Positions 60,635-64,000 of a stretch of 64,000 bases of DNA are shown piece after piece. Origin of the DNA: Hydrolagus affinis (Eukaryota). Each line of letters starts with the position of its first letter. Positions within the stretch are counted from its first letter, which is position 1. The stretch lies in contig JAAILG010000012.1 of NCBI GenBank assembly GCA_012026655.1, forward strand, positions 62,001-126,000, read 5' to 3'. A model generated the notes under the pieces. That model ran no database searches. It was not told the DNA's origin and saw only the letters and a list, made by a program, of their open reading frames with translations. A program made the translations under genes and the position numbers.

Positions 60635-60726
60635 CTCACAAAACACTGCAGTCACTGCACTTTACAGTATATCCTGGGTTGTCGTCCTGATGTGAAAAAT
60701 GCTACGCCAATTGCAAGGATTATTAT
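60635..60726 (+). mobile_element. Diverged SINE tail
   Basis: CACTTTACAGTATATCCTG..GATGTGAAAAATGCTA..TGCAAGGATTATTAT. Confidence 0.7.
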
Positions 60727-62877
60727 GAAGGAAATTTTTCTTATTATTCTTCTTATTTAGAAAACCAACTGTGCTCTTTGTGCTATTACATCTCAGTGAT
60801 AGTTTGGCGATATGTTACTTGATATGTCAGTTGTGAGTTCATATCGAAGTATGTGGCATGAATGAAACATGATATGGGAACTGAGACCTACAGGATAATT
60901 TATCATCCATCACTCAATCAGCAGCTAATTCTCCTTCCATAAACTTCCTGTCTCCTCCAGAAACAGTAGGGATAAAAGTGGTTTGGGTTCCTAGGGAAAT
61001 TAACATATACAATGTGCTGGTTTTCTTGACTTGATTCATGTATCATTTGAACATTGATGGAATGGAAGCCTTTGATGTTGCAGTAGATTTATGAATTCCC
61101 AGCATCTTAATATCCGAATATTGGCAAATCACATACTGCAACATAAGCAACTCTGTATCCCCAAATGGAGTCCTCTGGAGCAATGTCAGCAAAACGTGGA
61201 AACACCAGCGATAGTGTGAATGTCTTCGATCCAAGGATTTTGTACGAACGTTTGAATGGAATGTGTCAAAATGTGTAACGATGCATCTGTGAAAAAACGT
61301 TGACAGAAATACAGAATCTGAGAATACAGAGAGTTTGGAGCAAATCAAAGGGATTCTGCTTCTCAACACAATTGATTGCAAATCGTCAGTGCGTTTTGAT
61401 AAATAATTTGTCTGTAATTAAGACAGTAGGTTATTTTTTAAGCTAAATATTTGGACAGTGCACGCAACTTTTGGATTTTTATTTTTGTGTCAAAATGTTT
61501 TTTATAAAGACTATCATAGAGGATCCGAAATATCTAAATAAAATATTTATAGTGCACCACAATGTGCATTCTTTCTAACATTGCTACATTGTAAGAATAA
61601 TGAATTATTAATTTTGCCTATAATGCAGTGGCCTTTACATACTTAATTTAGTCAACAAAACTAAACTGAGCATCTGATTAATAAGTGGCTAAACCACAGT
61701 TACAATTTCTGTACAATCACAGTTTCAAAAAAACTTGCAAACATTATAAGATAACTTTCAAATATGATCAATGCTTTTTGTACTGATGGTAGTTTTGAGG
61801 TTGGATGCTTGCACTAGTGACAATTTTAGCTTGAAATATTTGCATTAATTGCAGTCTGAGGTTGGAATATTGGTCATCATTTCACTCTTCCGAATGAGTT
61901 GTATATTAAATACTACATTTTCATAGAGTGGCTTTAATTGGACTGATTCGCAGCCAAAAGACAAAGGACTGTAGAAATTAATGGTAACTGGAAGGGGTAC
62001 ATCAGTGGAAACTAATAGAACTTGAATGAAATGTAATGTCCGCCTGGAGCAGGGAAGAGACATGAGGCAGAATTGGTGGCAGGGAGCAAATGCCAGGCAC
62101 CAGCACTTCAATGATATAAGATCCTAGCTAGTGCAACTTTGCAGTGTGATGTCTTTCTGTAGAGCTACAAGAAACTACTGCCTGTGACATGCTGTTAATC
62201 TCATCAGTTTCCAAATGCAAGACTTTGTATAGTTTTCACTGTAATAAATAGGATATGGAGAGAGATTGGTATTTTCTCTGAAACCAGAAAAATATACACT
62301 TGAACCTTCAGCCACTCTGCATTGACAAATACTATGTTTCTTTCTCAATGCCCTTTGTACTTTACTCCTATCTCTCTGAGAATGCTTCGAGAACAGGATT
62401 CAGCTAGAACAAAAGCGTTCGTTCATGCAATTTTAATTACTTACACTGTATCGGCAACTGCTATTCTCTACCTGCAATTACAATTCAAGAATCCGAGAGA
62501 AAAATATAATTGGGAGAAGGCATAACATTTCTTTTTAGTTTTATGAATTTCTGCTCTCAATTAGTTCACTCAATAGTTTATCCTGCCATTTAAAAATCTC
62601 CCTAAGGCTTTCTCAATTTAATTTGCTTTCTTCGGTTTGCGGGTCTCAGTCCTCTATTCCGATCGCTCGCTCCTACCATTTTCTCCCACTCCTATCACTT
62701 GCCGCTTTAGTGTGTATTTTTATTATTTTTATTTCCTTGCACCTTTTCGCCCACCCTCCCTAATCGGATATAAAAGAATCTCCTTTCTTATAGCCGTTCC
62801 ACGCCTTTGACATTTTCTGTCGCTCTTCCTGGCAATCCTGACAGAATTGTTTAGAAACAATGGCAGCTCGCAAAATT

Positions 62878-62992
62878 TTGAAGAAGGCAAGGGAGAGAGC
62901 GAGTGAAAGGACTGTGGGATGGAGTTCCAGAGTGTGGGAGCAGAGAGGCTGAAAGCCAGTCCACCAATGGTAGGGCGGGTTGGGTGGGGGAT
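62878..62992 (-). mobile_element. L2 internal 3' fragment
   Basis: Near copy of 45410-45520 (GGACTGTGGGATGGAGTTCCA..GCAGAGAGGCTGAAAGCC.GTCCACCAATGGTAGGG). Confidence 0.9.
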
Positions 62993-64000
62993 AGTTGAAT
63001 AAATGTTGCCAACTCCTCACTTTGGTCAGAAGGTGTCTGAGTCTCCTTCCCTTTTACAATGTAAATGCACATTCTTCTTCCCTTCTGCCAGATCCATGTA
63101 CTCAAGGTAAAGCACTGATTTTGACTGTAAGTTCCTGGCAAAGGCTGGTTATGGAAAATTGCTTCCCAGAGGTGTCTGTTCCGCTCTTTGCGTGTTGTCT
63201 TATTTGGAATAACTTGGGCCCAATTTATACAGAACATTTCGAGTTGTGACATCTTCCCGGACGGATTTCTCACGCCAAACGGTCCAATTGCCTTGATTTT
63301 CCCAGCAGTGTTCACGCTGTGATACTGTCGTTTCGGGGATTCACGCTGAGGCTTTTGGTTCCTTTACAGATTTCCGCCATGGCCTTGTTTCTCGCTGCAA
63401 TTTATCATGGGACGTCCATTTCATTCCTCCTAATGATCAGTTACTACATTCTTGCTTATTGTTGCGGGTTGCTGCAATGCTTTTAGTTTCTCCAATGACT
63501 CGGTGACAATCTTGAGTTTCCTTTATGTTGGTGTCAATCTCTTTTCTTCCGATGATTTACTGGTGCATTAATTTTTTATTTTTTTCCCAACCACTTACCA
63601 TGATGTTCTCTCTTCCTGTGGTGACTTGACGTGTGTTCATTTCTCAAGACAAATTGCTGGCACATTTTAAGTACTTGCGGAATTTCACTCTATGCGTTTT
63701 GTTTGTTTTTATTGAATCACTCTGATCCCTTTGGTTTTGCTGCAACAATTCATTAGCAGTTTAGCACTCTTACGTCTCAGAACAATTTATCAAGATTCTT
63801 GGAACAGGCAATTCTATGGAATGCTTTCATTGTGTCGTAGCTCTTTATCCAATAGAGCTCTGAATATTCATAGCAGTTTGGCCATGATTTTATAATTTTT
63901 CTGTGTGATTCACCAGAATATGCATTTTCTTGTATAAATGTGCTGCAATTGACATTTACTGGGATGTTTTAATTTTGCAAATTAAGATGAATCCAATCTT

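Noticed and set aside
61043-61381. 112-aa minus ORF as coding exon
   Set aside because: Good acceptor inside it, but the peptide is unrecognisable and joining to the 63599 donor gives a stop after six codons
372-63315. ORF-track entries as protein-coding genes
   Set aside because: Recurrent peptides ([33 protein letters not shown]) are SINE read-throughs; GGRAF..LWNS peptides are L2; the rest are short with no recognisable domain

Overview
AT-rich, repeat-dense vertebrate DNA that looks intronic or intergenic. No intact protein-coding gene, rRNA, true tRNA gene or CRISPR array can be supported. The repeat content points to a cartilaginous fish, most likely a holocephalan such as Callorhinchus (inference from remembered consensus sequences, not a database search). 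The window holds roughly 40 full or partial copies of one ~320-bp tRNA-headed SINE (Deu-domain-like body, L2-type stem-loop tail, (ATT)n end), several older SacSINE1-like DeuSINEs, 3' fragments of L2 and CR1 LINEs, and a Penelope-like remnant. Many ORFs in the supplied track are read-throughs of these repeats; the rest are short and unrecognisable. Between repeats lie TE-free, motif-rich blocks that resemble conserved non-coding enhancers. Best second-look items: covarying SINE/L2 tail stem-loops, a tRNA-Ala-like head with anticodon drift between subfamilies, nested and fold-back insertions, a 24-nt minus-strand microexon candidate with UGC motifs, a decayed MADF/BESS-like ORF and a diverged LTR-like repeat pair. 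I found no convincing new biological system. Boundaries were read by eye (about +/-10 bp for young repeats, looser for old ones).
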